The notes beneath the pieces were generated by a model, which had not been told where the DNA came from, searched no databases, and saw nothing but the letters and a program-made list of their open reading frames with translations. A program made the translations under genes and the position numbers. This document shows, piece by piece, positions 1 to 8,517 of a DNA stretch of 25,048 bases (position 1 is its first letter; each line of letters begins with the position of its first letter). The stretch comes from Thermoproteota archaeon (GTDB taxonomy: Archaea; Asgardarchaeota; Jordiarchaeia; Jordiarchaeales; Freyrarchaeaceae): the NCBI GenBank assembly GCA_029258835.1, contig JAPDJY010000067.1, positions 1 through 25,048 on the forward strand, given 5' to 3'.

Positions 1-241
1 GGCAGGCGACAGCGGCGATCGTGGTCAGAGACTCAAAGTAGGTGTGGGGGCTCTTCTGACGGGCTGCGATCTCCGCTATGTCCGGGGTCCAGATCGACTC
101 TGGAATCCACCCCATCAGGTGGTCAGGCCACCAAGCTGAGTCGTACCCTTGCTCCTCAGCCTTCCTTGCATGCTTAATAACGTTCTCAAAGGGGGGGAGA
201 ATCGTCCCGGGGGTTCCAACACGAAGCTCATGGATGTCCAA
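1..241 (-). CDS. LLM-class (probably F420-dependent) flavin oxidoreductase; N-terminal part only, runs off the window start
   Basis: Not in the ORF track. My translation from a TTG at 241 (GGAGGTG upstream) gives MDIHELRVGTPGTILPPFENVIKHARKAEEQGYDSAWWPDHLMGWIPESIWTPD..., with the LLM-typical AE-x-GYDS-x-W-x-PDH. It resembles the Rv2951c-type ketoreductase subfamily. Confidence 0.85.
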   Translation of the reverse strand, partial: MDIHELRVGTPGTILPPFENVIKHARKAEEQGYDSAWWPDHLMGWIPESIWTPDIAEIAARQKSPHTYFESLTTIAAVAC

Positions 242-320
242 ACGATCCACCTCCCTCCAAGACCGGGTAGCTTCCTACTCATCCGGCAAACCTCGTTTAT
301 TTGATGATTGTAAGGGGTAA

Positions 321-346
321 TTAACTGTTTTTAACTGTTTTTACTG
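321..346. repeat. 10-bp tandem repeat TTAACTGTTT, two full copies plus a partial third, upstream of the LLM gene
   Basis: ttaactgttt ttaactgttt ttactg, read directly. Confidence 0.7.
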
Positions 347-609
347 GCGTGGCTTCAAGCGATTTTCTAGGTTCTAAGTCACACTTTCTTTTCCTAAATT
401 CTACGTTTTTTCAGCTACCTTTCAAGGAAGATTGATTCTCTGCTTTCCACCAGCAAACAACCTTCTTCCAACCCAAGAAAAACGATGCAAATAAAGACGA
501 TGACTTCCCTAAATCATTTAATGGAGTCGTTCAAACTGGGCATGTGAGAGACCATCATAGATGACGGAAAATGATGGTAAAAAATGGTCGAGAGAAGGGG
601 GTGAACCGG

Positions 610-2025
610 CTATTTTAAACGGTTTACAACCGATTTGTACTGGTATAATGCGGCTAGCACCCTAGCCGTTAACGTGAGAGACCTTAAAACCGGTATGTTG
701 AACTGTTTGAAGCCCTCCTCAACCATCTGCACTACCTTCTCGTCTCCGAACCCTAACACCACGGTCGGCTTCCTACTTCTTGATGCGATGTCGCCAAGGT
801 GTTTAAAGAAGGGGGTGAGGTCTGCTCCGAAGTAGCGTGGATTAGCAATTATCCCTGGAATGGCGAAGATGAAGATCATGGACCCAACGTTCGGATCCCT
901 TCCCAAGAGTTCAACTACCGGGGCTGCCGACTCAATTACTGCCGGTCCAACGTCGACGGGGTTTCTGCATGACGCCCATGAGGGAGCCGCCTCCTCTAGT
1001 TTACTCCTTGTTTCCCGGGTGAATGATGCCAGCTTGATGCCGAGCGAGTCCAGCTCATCGCATAGCATGGCAGCTAGGGAGCCGGAGTTCGTGAGGACGG
1101 CTACCCCCCCTTCTGATGGGAGAGGCTGAGACGTGAAGGCCATGGCCGTGTAGAGGAGCTCGTCTATGTTTTCAACCCTTATCGCCCCAGCTTGCTTAAG
1201 TGCAGCGCTGAAAACCTCGTCGCTTCCAGCTATGCTTCCCGTGTGGCTCATCACGGCTCTGGCTCCTGTCTCGGTCCTACCGGACTTTAAAACCAAGACT
1301 GGCTTCCTAGCTGAGGCACGTTTAAATGTTTCAATCAGCTTACGCCCCCTTCCAGGCTTAACCCCTTCAATGTATAAGCATATGACCTTCGTCTCTTCGT
1401 CGTCGGCAAGGTACTCGACCACATCCACCTCGTCCACGTCACACTTGTTTCCAAGCGTGACAACCTTGCTTAAGCCAATCCCTCTCGAGCAGGCCCAGTC
1501 GACGATGGAGGTGCCAAAGATCCCTGACTGCCCGACGAAGGCTATGCCCCCCCTGATAAGGGAGGCGACGTCGACGTCAGCCGTGGTAAACATGTTAGAG
1601 GTGTTCACTACGCCGACGCAGTTTGGCCCCATGACCCTTACCCCGTTAGCCTTAGCCAGCTCCACTAGCTCCCTTTCCATCCGTGCACCATCCTCCCCCG
1701 TCTCCGAGAAGCCAGCGGACTCGACTATCACGTGACGGATCCCCTTCTCAGCGCAGTCCCTTAAAACGTCGACTACAGCCCTGCTCGGGACTATCACGAC
1801 GGCGAGGTCGACTGGCTCAGGGATGTCCTTGACGGATCTTAACGCCTTCACGCCCATGACTTTTCCGCCCTTAACATTTACAAGGTAGCTCTTCACGCTG
1901 GGATGGGAAAGAATGTTTCTAGTTGGAACATAGCCAAATCCAGGGTTTTCCGTTGCCCCTATGACCGCAACAGAGCGAGGGTTGAAAAAAGCGTCTAGCG
2001 ATGCAGGCTCACCCATCACGAACAC
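610..2025 (-). CDS. acdA: ADP-forming acetate/acyl-CoA ligase alpha subunit (CoA-binding and ligase domains)
   Basis: FFNPRSVAVIGA, GPNCVG, QSG, LGNKCD, and KSGRTETGARAVMSHTGSIAG carrying the phosphorylated His. The start may be the ATG at 2016. Confidence 0.9.
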   Translation of the reverse strand: MFVMGEPASLDAFFNPRSVAVIGATENPGFGYVPTRNILSHPSVKSYLVNVKGGKVMGVKALRSVKDIPEPVDLAVVIVPSRAVVDVLRDCAEKGIRHVIVESAGFSETGEDGARMERELVELAKANGVRVMGPNCVGVVNTSNMFTTADVDVASLIRGGIAFVGQSGIFGTSIVDWACSRGIGLSKVVTLGNKCDVDEVDVVEYLADDEETKVICLYIEGVKPGRGRKLIETFKRASARKPVLVLKSGRTETGARAVMSHTGSIAGSDEVFSAALKQAGAIRVENIDELLYTAMAFTSQPLPSEGGVAVLTNSGSLAAMLCDELDSLGIKLASFTRETRSKLEEAAPSWASCRNPVDVGPAVIESAAPVVELLGRDPNVGSMIFIFAIPGIIANPRYFGADLTPFFKHLGDIASRSRKPTVVLGFGDEKVVQMVEEGFKQFNIPVLRSLTLTARVLAALYQYKSVVNRLK

Positions 2026-2620
2026 CCATACAAACTAAAAAGGAACACTTATTAATAATGTTCACCCGCCATCACCCACTCATCATGAACACTCGTTTAA
2101 GGTTCCCCCAAACACTTAACGCGTCACGATGCCGGGAAAGCACTCTTTCAGGGTTTAAACGTTTACCTCAGGCGCATTCCTGAGGTACTAAGTTACGTGT
2201 CTGGCGTTAAATGGTTTCCACACTAAAAGCCGGGGCAGAAACATTCAAAAAATAGCGAAGTATAATATAACCTTCGTAATGAAGTGTGACGTATGAGTGA
2301 AAACTACTACCTCCTAGGGAGGTTTGTAGGAGGCTTAGCGAGGCGAAAGCCAACACGCAACCATTATAGAATACACAGGGCTGCGGCAGTGCGAAGACCA
2401 CGCTGCCCTCTTCCTTCAATCCCCTATTAGGCGACAGTCTGGAATGGAGAGCAAGTAAGGATGCTTTAAGGCTTATCTTGCCTCTCTTTTAACCGACCGC
2501 TTTCTGACCTACAAGCTTCCGTTGGTGTAGAGGCGTGCTGTGCCACAAACATCTGCTTGAGAAAAATTTTTATTCTTAATCCTTTATCTTTCGACAAAAA
2601 GGTTAGGTGCTGGAGGGCTG

Positions 2621-3886
2621 ATGATGAGCTCTGACGGATCTTTCAAGGACGTTTTAGAGTTTTTTGATAGAGCGGCAGAGCGTTTAAAGCTGGAACGATA
2701 CATTTATGACATCCTGAGTAAGCCTCAGAGGTGCCTGTCAGTCTCGTTCCCTGTTAGGATGGATGATGGGAGCATTAGGATCTTCGAGGGGTACAGGGTT
2801 CACTACAATTATGCGTTAGGTCCATGTAAGGGGGGTGTCCGCTACCATCCATCAGTAACGCTAGACGAGGTTACGGCTTTAGCGGCCATCATGACTTGGA
2901 AGTGCTCTCTTGTAGGCCTCCCTTACGGGGGAGGGAAGGGAGGGGTTGCATGCAACCCAACTAAGATGTCTCCTAGCGAGCTTGAAAGGCTTACGAGACG
3001 CTACGTCTACATGGTTCTCCCCTTAATCGGCCCAGAGGTGGACATCATGGCGCCAGACCTTTACACCAACGAGCAGATAATGGCCTGGATGATGGACACG
3101 TACAGCATGCTTAAAGGCTACACTGTTCCCGGGGTGGTTACAGGTAAACCAGTAGATATAGGAGGAACTCTAGGGAGGAATTATGCTACTGGAAGAGGGG
3201 TAGCTATTGTGACCGTTAGAGCGCTAGAGCATTACGGGATTCCCGTGGAAAACGCGACGGTAGCCATCCAAGGGTTTGGGAACGTAGGCGCGTACGCCGC
3301 GAAAGACCTCGCGGAGAGAGGGGTAAAGATAGTAGGGATAACGACAAGTAGAGGCGGCCTCTTTAACCCGGACGGGCTACCAGTCCAGAAACTCTTCGAG
3401 GAGGTATACGTTAACAGGAGACATCCAAGCGAGGTTGGAGGAGGTGATTACATAGGTCCCGCTGAGGCGAACAAAGCAATCCTCGAAATGGACGTAGATG
3501 TGCTGATCCCAGCCGCGATGGAAGAACAGATCACTAGGGAGAACGCAGACAGGATAAACGCGAAGATAGTCGTGGAGGGGGCTAATGCGCCGACCACGAG
3601 CGACGGGGACAGGGTACTGTGCGAGAGGAACATACCGGTCGTCCCAGACGTCTTAGCTAATAGTGGAGGAGTAATAGTGTCGTATTTTGAATGGGTTCAG
3701 GACATTCAGTCGTTCTTCTGGACGGAGGAGGAAGTCGTCAAAAGACTGGATGAGAGAATACTGGACTCGTTCACGAGAGTCATAAACCTAGCTGAGAAAG
3801 AAAAGTTAGACCTGAGAACGGCGGCGTACATGATCGCAATAGACAGAGTTGCAAGGGCTATAAGAATGAGAGGAATATTCCCGTAG
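2621..3886 (+). CDS. gdhA: Glu/Leu/Phe/Val dehydrogenase (glutamate dehydrogenase)
   Basis: GPCKGGVRYHP, PYGGGKGG, APDLYT, TGKP, ATGRG, GFGNVG, EGANAP, PDVLANSGGVIVSYFEWVQ. Confidence 0.95.
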   Translation: MMSSDGSFKDVLEFFDRAAERLKLERYIYDILSKPQRCLSVSFPVRMDDGSIRIFEGYRVHYNYALGPCKGGVRYHPSVTLDEVTALAAIMTWKCSLVGLPYGGGKGGVACNPTKMSPSELERLTRRYVYMVLPLIGPEVDIMAPDLYTNEQIMAWMMDTYSMLKGYTVPGVVTGKPVDIGGTLGRNYATGRGVAIVTVRALEHYGIPVENATVAIQGFGNVGAYAAKDLAERGVKIVGITTSRGGLFNPDGLPVQKLFEEVYVNRRHPSEVGGGDYIGPAEANKAILEMDVDVLIPAAMEEQITRENADRINAKIVVEGANAPTTSDGDRVLCERNIPVVPDVLANSGGVIVSYFEWVQDIQSFFWTEEEVVKRLDERILDSFTRVINLAEKEKLDLRTAAYMIAIDRVARAIRMRGIFP

Positions 3887-4012
3887 GCGGAGCAAACACC
3901 TTATCTTATCTTCCCTTTCCATTCAGCAACTCGGCTCGAAACACAAGCAACCTCCGGTCTCCAACGGAAAAGGTGGCATTAAATCCCTGAAGCCGAAGTT
4001 AAACGTGAAAGC

Positions 4013-5368
4013 CTACGCTGCTTGTTTTTTTGTTTCGTCTAGGAGTTTTACTACTTTGTGTCCTACGAATGGTAGTTCTGAGACTGACTTGACGAATTCT
4101 ATCTCAGACTCGACTCCAAGCCTCTCCTTAAGCCTCTCCTTAAGCTTAGCCTTGAAGGCCTCGGCATCATCAACCTTATCCCAGTCAACAGCCAACTTCA
4201 TCCTCAAAACGTCCATGGGGCCTGTTGAGTATTTTATCATGGTAAAGTACTCTGTGAATCCGGGGATGTCGCCTAGGACGTTTTCTATGTCTGCTGGGAA
4301 TATTTTCATTCCTTTTATGTTTGCCATGAATGCTTCTCTTCCTAGGAATGATATTCTGGTGTGGGTTCTTCCGCACTTGCACTTCTCCGTTGTGATGTAT
4401 CCTATGTCTTCTGTGCCCCATTTTATTATTGGGGTTGCCTCGGCGAAGAGGTTGGTGACAGTCACCTCCCCTCTTTCGCCCTCGGCGAGCTTCTCGTGGG
4501 TTTCGGGGTCCCTCACCTCGGTCAGGAAGAGGTCGTCGCAGCTGTGGACACCCTCATGGTAGTCGCAGTCACCCCAATACCACAACGGGTCGGCAACACC
4601 GCCAAAATCGTAAATCTTCTCCGAAGGAACACCAGTCTCGTCCTCAAGCCTCTTCTTCACCGCCTTCGTAACTATGTCACCGTAGCCCGTGTCTATAATC
4701 TTCGTGTTGGAGAAGATCTCTTTTGGATCGACTCCGGACTTCTTAGCGGTCTCAATTATGGAGTAGAGTGTGAGGATTGGCCCGCCGTAAACCTCCGGCT
4801 TATATCCTCTCAGCACTTGCATGTGCTTCGCTGAAAGATAGGGCAGAGGGTAGCCGCAGTCTAGGTAAGCGCCGAAGCCTATTATATCCGCTGCGGTGTA
4901 GGCCAGGACGACGTAGCCATGCCACCTAAAACCGGTGAAGTATACCTTAGTCCCTGCCCTGTACCCTCTCCCCCACTTAACCCTGAGATCCTGCTCCACA
5001 GCCATCATTATGTCGTGTTTTGTGTATGCGAATATTGTTGGGATTCCTGTTGTTCCCGTGGAGGCGTTGATTGAAACCACTCTTTCGTCTAGGGGGACGC
5101 ATAGTATGCCTCCGAAGGGGTCCCCGGTCCTGCTCCTCTCCTCCCTCAAGTCGTCCTTGTACAGCATGGGAACCTTCTCGAAGTCCTCGAGCGACTTGAC
5201 GTCGTCGGGCTTCAGGCCGGCCTCGTCAAACCTCCTGCGGTAGAAGGATGAGTAGTGGTAGGCGTAGTCCAGCTGGTGCCTGAGCCTCCTCAGCTGGAGC
5301 TCCCTCAACTCCTCCCTCGCCATCGTCTCAACAGCAGGATTCCAAAACTTACCCCTCTCAACATCCAA
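4013..5368 (-). CDS. Phenylacetate-CoA ligase (PaaK)-family AMP-forming ligase, full length
   Basis: N-terminal ETMAREELRELQ, P-loop ASTGTTGIP, EGERGEVTVTNL, CKCGRTH-x-RI, and C-terminal LPFVGHK retaining the A10 lysine. Confidence 0.88.
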   Translation of the reverse strand: MDVERGKFWNPAVETMAREELRELQLRRLRHQLDYAYHYSSFYRRRFDEAGLKPDDVKSLEDFEKVPMLYKDDLREERSRTGDPFGGILCVPLDERVVSINASTGTTGIPTIFAYTKHDIMMAVEQDLRVKWGRGYRAGTKVYFTGFRWHGYVVLAYTAADIIGFGAYLDCGYPLPYLSAKHMQVLRGYKPEVYGGPILTLYSIIETAKKSGVDPKEIFSNTKIIDTGYGDIVTKAVKKRLEDETGVPSEKIYDFGGVADPLWYWGDCDYHEGVHSCDDLFLTEVRDPETHEKLAEGERGEVTVTNLFAEATPIIKWGTEDIGYITTEKCKCGRTHTRISFLGREAFMANIKGMKIFPADIENVLGDIPGFTEYFTMIKYSTGPMDVLRMKLAVDWDKVDDAEAFKAKLKERLKERLGVESEIEFVKSVSELPFVGHKVVKLLDETKKQAA

Positions 5369-5381
5369 ACAACAACCCTCC

Positions 5382-6422
5382 TTAGAAGACTATTCTCACG
5401 TGGGTTCTTCCGCATCCGCATTCATCTTTGATCAGAGTGACCTTATGATCGGTTTTATACCTTATTAGGGGTGTTGCCTCAGCCCAAAGGTTTGTTATGG
5501 TTAGTAGGCCTTTTTCCCCGGGAGCAGTTGGTTCTCCGGTTTCGGGGTCGACCGTTTCAACTATGAACCCGTCTTCCCATGCGTGAAGCCCGTTCATCTG
5601 GTGACATTCTGAGGCGAAGAAGAGGTTATCCTGTATGTCTAGCATGCATAGATGTGTCCCACCCCACACCTCCTCAAACTCCTTCCTTGTTTTCTCGTCT
5701 AATACTGGGCTGCCGGGTCTAACCCTATGTATGACCACCTTCGTCCCGAACATTTCCTTCGGAGTCTTCCCCTGCTTCTTTGCTTCGTTCACCATGAGCT
5801 TTGCAAAATCGACCATTGTGAGGACTAAATGGGGTTTGAAGAACCCTGTCATATACATTGATCTTGGAAGGTCGAGCATGGGAAGCGTTGCCTCTATTGG
5901 TATGCCCGTGAACGGTATTATGTCTTGAACTGTCCGCCGGCTTGTGAACTGTGCCTCTATGATGCGTCCTATAGCCTCCCACTGGCTTGCCTGAACCTCG
6001 ACTATCTGCCCTCTCCTCAGCCCAGCCATTAACAGGTGCCGAGTTAGGTGGTCCACTAGAACTTCCCTGTCGTTCTCCGTTAGGGCTGTTACGATCACGT
6101 TTCCCTTAACCATCTGCTCTGGAGGATTAAATATCTGCCAAATCTTACTCATCGGCACGCATAACCGTCCTCCGAAGAAGTCCTCATCGGTGACGGCTGC
6201 CGAAAGCTCCTCGCGTGATGTCAAAGGTATTTTCGAAAGGTCGTTTAAACCTTTAATGTCTTCAGGCTTCACCCCCGCGTCACCAAGCTTTTTACGGTAG
6301 AAACGTGAGTTCCAGTAAACATGGCTAACCTGGCGCCTAAGGAGGTCTTCTTGAATGGACTCTATTTCACTTCTAGGCATGGTTTCCACGCTTGTAACCC
6401 ACAAACCCTCCTCACCTGCCAC
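5382..6422 (-). CDS. PaaK-like protein lacking the C-terminal domain and the P-loop; probably non-catalytic
   Basis: ETMPRSEI, ECHQMNGLH, PGEKGLLTITNL, PLIRYKT, and CGCGRTHVRIVF followed by TAA. The P-loop position reads NPPEQMVKG. Confidence 0.8.
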   Translation of the reverse strand: MAGEEGLWVTSVETMPRSEIESIQEDLLRRQVSHVYWNSRFYRKKLGDAGVKPEDIKGLNDLSKIPLTSREELSAAVTDEDFFGGRLCVPMSKIWQIFNPPEQMVKGNVIVTALTENDREVLVDHLTRHLLMAGLRRGQIVEVQASQWEAIGRIIEAQFTSRRTVQDIIPFTGIPIEATLPMLDLPRSMYMTGFFKPHLVLTMVDFAKLMVNEAKKQGKTPKEMFGTKVVIHRVRPGSPVLDEKTRKEFEEVWGGTHLCMLDIQDNLFFASECHQMNGLHAWEDGFIVETVDPETGEPTAPGEKGLLTITNLWAEATPLIRYKTDHKVTLIKDECGCGRTHVRIVF

Positions 6423-6454
6423 ACCTTCTAAGAACTAGTTAATAGTGATCAAAC

Positions 6455-6470
6455 ATATATATAACTTTTT
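6455..6470 (-). promoter_or_regulatory. BRE/TATA-like promoter for the paaK-like pair
   Basis: The minus strand reads AAAAAG-TTATATATATG about 35 nt upstream of the start at 6422. Confidence 0.55.
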
Positions 6471-6591
6471 GTAGTTTTGTAGAATTGGAATTTTCGAAAG
6501 AGGCGAGGGGGTTCACATCTAAAACCCTTGGTTAAGAGCGAACCAGTTTAAAAGGTTCTATTTGAGTGATGGCTGTGATGGCGTTCACGTG

Positions 6592-6600
6592 AAAAAAAAA
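6592..6600 (-). terminator. Oligo-T archaeal terminator after the SCP2 gene
   Basis: Run of nine T on the minus strand, 7 nt after the stop at 6608. Confidence 0.55.
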
Positions 6601-6607
6601 GGAGGGG

Positions 6608-6988
6608 TTAAAACTCTTTAGGCATGGCTGCCATTGTTTGGAGGAGGACTCCGAATCCGTCAGCGTAGGCTAGCAACATCATCATGCTACCGGTGAGAGA
6701 TATTTGCCCGGACATCAGCGCGTCTCTGGCCATCAGCTCAGCTTTCCCCAGCCTAACCCACACTTCGTACGGGCCTTCAAGTACGAAGTCAGCTTCTTCT
6801 CCTGGTTTAGCCTCCCTGACATTCTGGATCTGGCCATCTCTTATCTCAAAGTATACTCCGAAGCCCTTATCCGTCTCCCTTAGTATCATAGATGCGTTAA
6901 AGTCGCCCATCCCCGTTTTAAACGCCGGATTGGCATTAACCTCTTCGGCAAGCTTTTTGAAAAACTCTAAACTGAAATATTTCACCAT
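6608..6988 (-). CDS. Stand-alone SCP2 sterol/lipid-binding domain protein
   Basis: YFSLEFFKKLAEEVN ... ADFVLEGPYEVWVRL ... ALMSGQISLTGSMMMLL is a typical SCP2 pattern. Start chosen at the ATG at 6988 behind GGAGGGG; the ORF track extends to 7015. Confidence 0.82.
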   Translation of the reverse strand: MVKYFSLEFFKKLAEEVNANPAFKTGMGDFNASMILRETDKGFGVYFEIRDGQIQNVREAKPGEEADFVLEGPYEVWVRLGKAELMARDALMSGQISLTGSMMMLLAYADGFGVLLQTMAAMPKEF

Positions 6989-7273
6989 ACCCCTCCACTC
7001 TCCCATCCCATTCACTTGATCTCCTATAATTGGATGGCTTCATTTTTAAGGTTTACTATTTAAATTATTTTTTAATTATTTCCTTTCCGTTAGAAGCAAA
7101 CTTTGCAAGCTTAGTCTGGTAGGTGGCTTCTTTTTGCCAAATCTTTTATCCTTTAACATGAATTTACTTAGCTGGGAAAGGAGGTCTTTGAAAGTTTTTT
7201 ATTTTTCGAATATAAGTATTCATGCGGGCTTTGGGTGGAGCTTTTCACCCGTTGCCCAGGCACCTTTCAGGTC

Positions 7274-7347
7274 TGCTAACAGGATGGGGGGTCGCCTCCG
7301 GCTACGCCCATTTTGTGCGGTGAACTTCACCATCCGTAGCGTTAGGT
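7274..7347 (+). repeat. attC-like site, copy 1 (direct repeat with 8104-8177)
   Basis: TGCTAAC ... GGATGG ... CCATCC ... GTTAGGT, with R''/R'-like ends and an inner inverted pair. Positions 7287-7344 match 8117-8174 at 55 of 58 nt. Confidence 0.6.
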
Positions 7348-7413
7348 GAAATGTCCGTTGCCGCCCTTAAAAGATTTAAAACAGATAATGAAATAAGAAT
7401 AATAGGTGGCAGA

Positions 7414-7707
7414 ATGGAAAAACTTGATGAGATAAGGAAGATCATTGGGGAGCACAAAGAGGAGCTTAGAGAGCAGTATGGTGTCAAGGAAATTGGTATT
7501 TTCGGCTCCTTTGTGAGGGGGGAGGCGAGGGAGGATAGTGACGTTGACGTACTGGTTGAATTTGAGAAACCGATAGGGTTCTTTAGGTTTCTCGAATTGG
7601 AGGAATACCTGGGCAGTTTGACAGGTAGAAAAGTGGACCTTGTATCTAAAAAGGCACTTAAGCCGCACATTGGGAAACATATTCTTGAAGAGGTTATAAT
7701 AATATGA
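7414..7707 (+). CDS. mntA: MNT (minimal nucleotidyltransferase) antitoxin, MntA-like
   Basis: GSFVRGEAREDSDVD fits GSX10DXD; C-terminal GRKVDLV. ATG at 7414 follows AGGTGG. Confidence 0.9.
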   Translation: MEKLDEIRKIIGEHKEELREQYGVKEIGIFGSFVRGEAREDSDVDVLVEFEKPIGFFRFLELEEYLGSLTGRKVDLVSKKALKPHIGKHILEEVIII

Positions 7708-8054
7708 GAAGAACATACAGGGATTACATACTGGACATTTTGTCGTCTATCCAAGAGGTTGAGGAGTTCACCGAGGGCATGGGCTTTGAAGAATTTGTAA
7801 AGGACAGAAAAACTGTAAATGCTGTTATTAGAAGTCTGAAGGTGATGGGTGAGGCAGCGAAGAAAATTCCTTCGGAAATCAGGGACAAATACCCGGAAAT
7901 TCCATGGAAATACATCGCAGGCATGAGAGATAAGCTGATTCACGAATATCACGGCGTTGATTTAGAAATCGTATGGGAAGTCATAGAAAAGGAAGTTCCG
8001 CCTCTCAAACCCAAATTCGAAAAAATACTAGAGGAGTTGAAGAGGCGAAGTTGA
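7704..8054 (+). CDS. hepT: HEPN (DUF86/HepT-like) RNase toxin
   Basis: GMRDKLIHEY fits RX4HXY; GEAAKKIP and PEIPW also present. ATGA overlap with the MNT gene. Confidence 0.9.
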   Translation: MRRTYRDYILDILSSIQEVEEFTEGMGFEEFVKDRKTVNAVIRSLKVMGEAAKKIPSEIRDKYPEIPWKYIAGMRDKLIHEYHGVDLEIVWEVIEKEVPPLKPKFEKILEELKRRS

Positions 8055-8103
8055 AAGGCGGTGGGCGCTTTGTGGCGCTCCGCACCTCGCTCCCATCAGG
8101 GTC

Positions 8104-8177
8104 GCCTAAGGTGATAGGGGTTCGCCTCCGGCTACGCCCATTTTGCGCGGTGAACTTCACCATCTGTAGCGTTATGC
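8104..8177 (+). repeat. attC-like site, copy 2, with a degenerate R'' (GCCTAAG)
   Basis: GCCTAAG ... same 58-nt core ... GTTATGC. CGCCTAAG is two mismatches from CACCTAAC, the complement of the cassette start GTTAGGTG. Confidence 0.55.
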
Positions 8178-8517
8178 TAACATTTTTAGCATTCTGATTT
8201 TAGGATGTTTCACTACGTGAGGTGGGGGTTCGTCTAGTCATCTTTTAGGGGAGTTCTACGAGAGTTACGCTTAACTGGGTGAGAACGGCATCATCAAGGT
8301 GGGAGCTGGCGTAGAAGAGGTCGAGTGAAGTGAAACGATTAAAAGGAAGGTTCTAAACAATGATTAACATGGTTTATGATGGCAGCGTGACCTTAACCAT
8401 GCAACCTAGTAGCATTCTCTTTAAAAGAGAGGAGAGAAAGAAGAGGGTTAACTGGGTGCATGCCTCTGTGAGGTGCTGGTTACTTGAGGGGCTGTGAAGA
8501 ATGAGGGTGATGTTGCC

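Larger units (their letters stand above)
7342..8171 (+). mobile_element. Putative integron-type gene cassette (830 bp) carrying the MNT-HEPN module; no integrase in the window
   Basis: Runs from G^TTAGGTG (7341/7342) to G^TTATGC (8171/8172), bounded by the two attC-like repeats. The cargo is visibly AT-richer than the flanking genes. Confidence 0.55.

Noticed and set aside
78-320. 80-aa plus-strand ORF
   Set aside because: Antisense to the LLM oxidoreductase reading frame.
5369-5384. Stop-codon readthrough or frameshift fusing the two paaK-like genes
   Set aside because: The stop is TAA, and the downstream gene has its own RBS and a complete N-terminus, so the missing C-terminal domain is not encoded there.
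7134-7349. ORFs 7134-7349 and 7973-8197 sharing RLRLRPFCAVNFTI as paralogous peptides
   Set aside because: The shared peptide is simply the translation of the DNA repeat.
7302-7952. 216-aa and 124-aa minus-strand ORFs
   Set aside because: Antisense shadows of the well-supported mntA-hepT genes.
7287-8174. The 58-bp direct repeats as a CRISPR array
   Set aside because: Only two copies, separated by about 770 bp of protein-coding DNA, and no cas genes.
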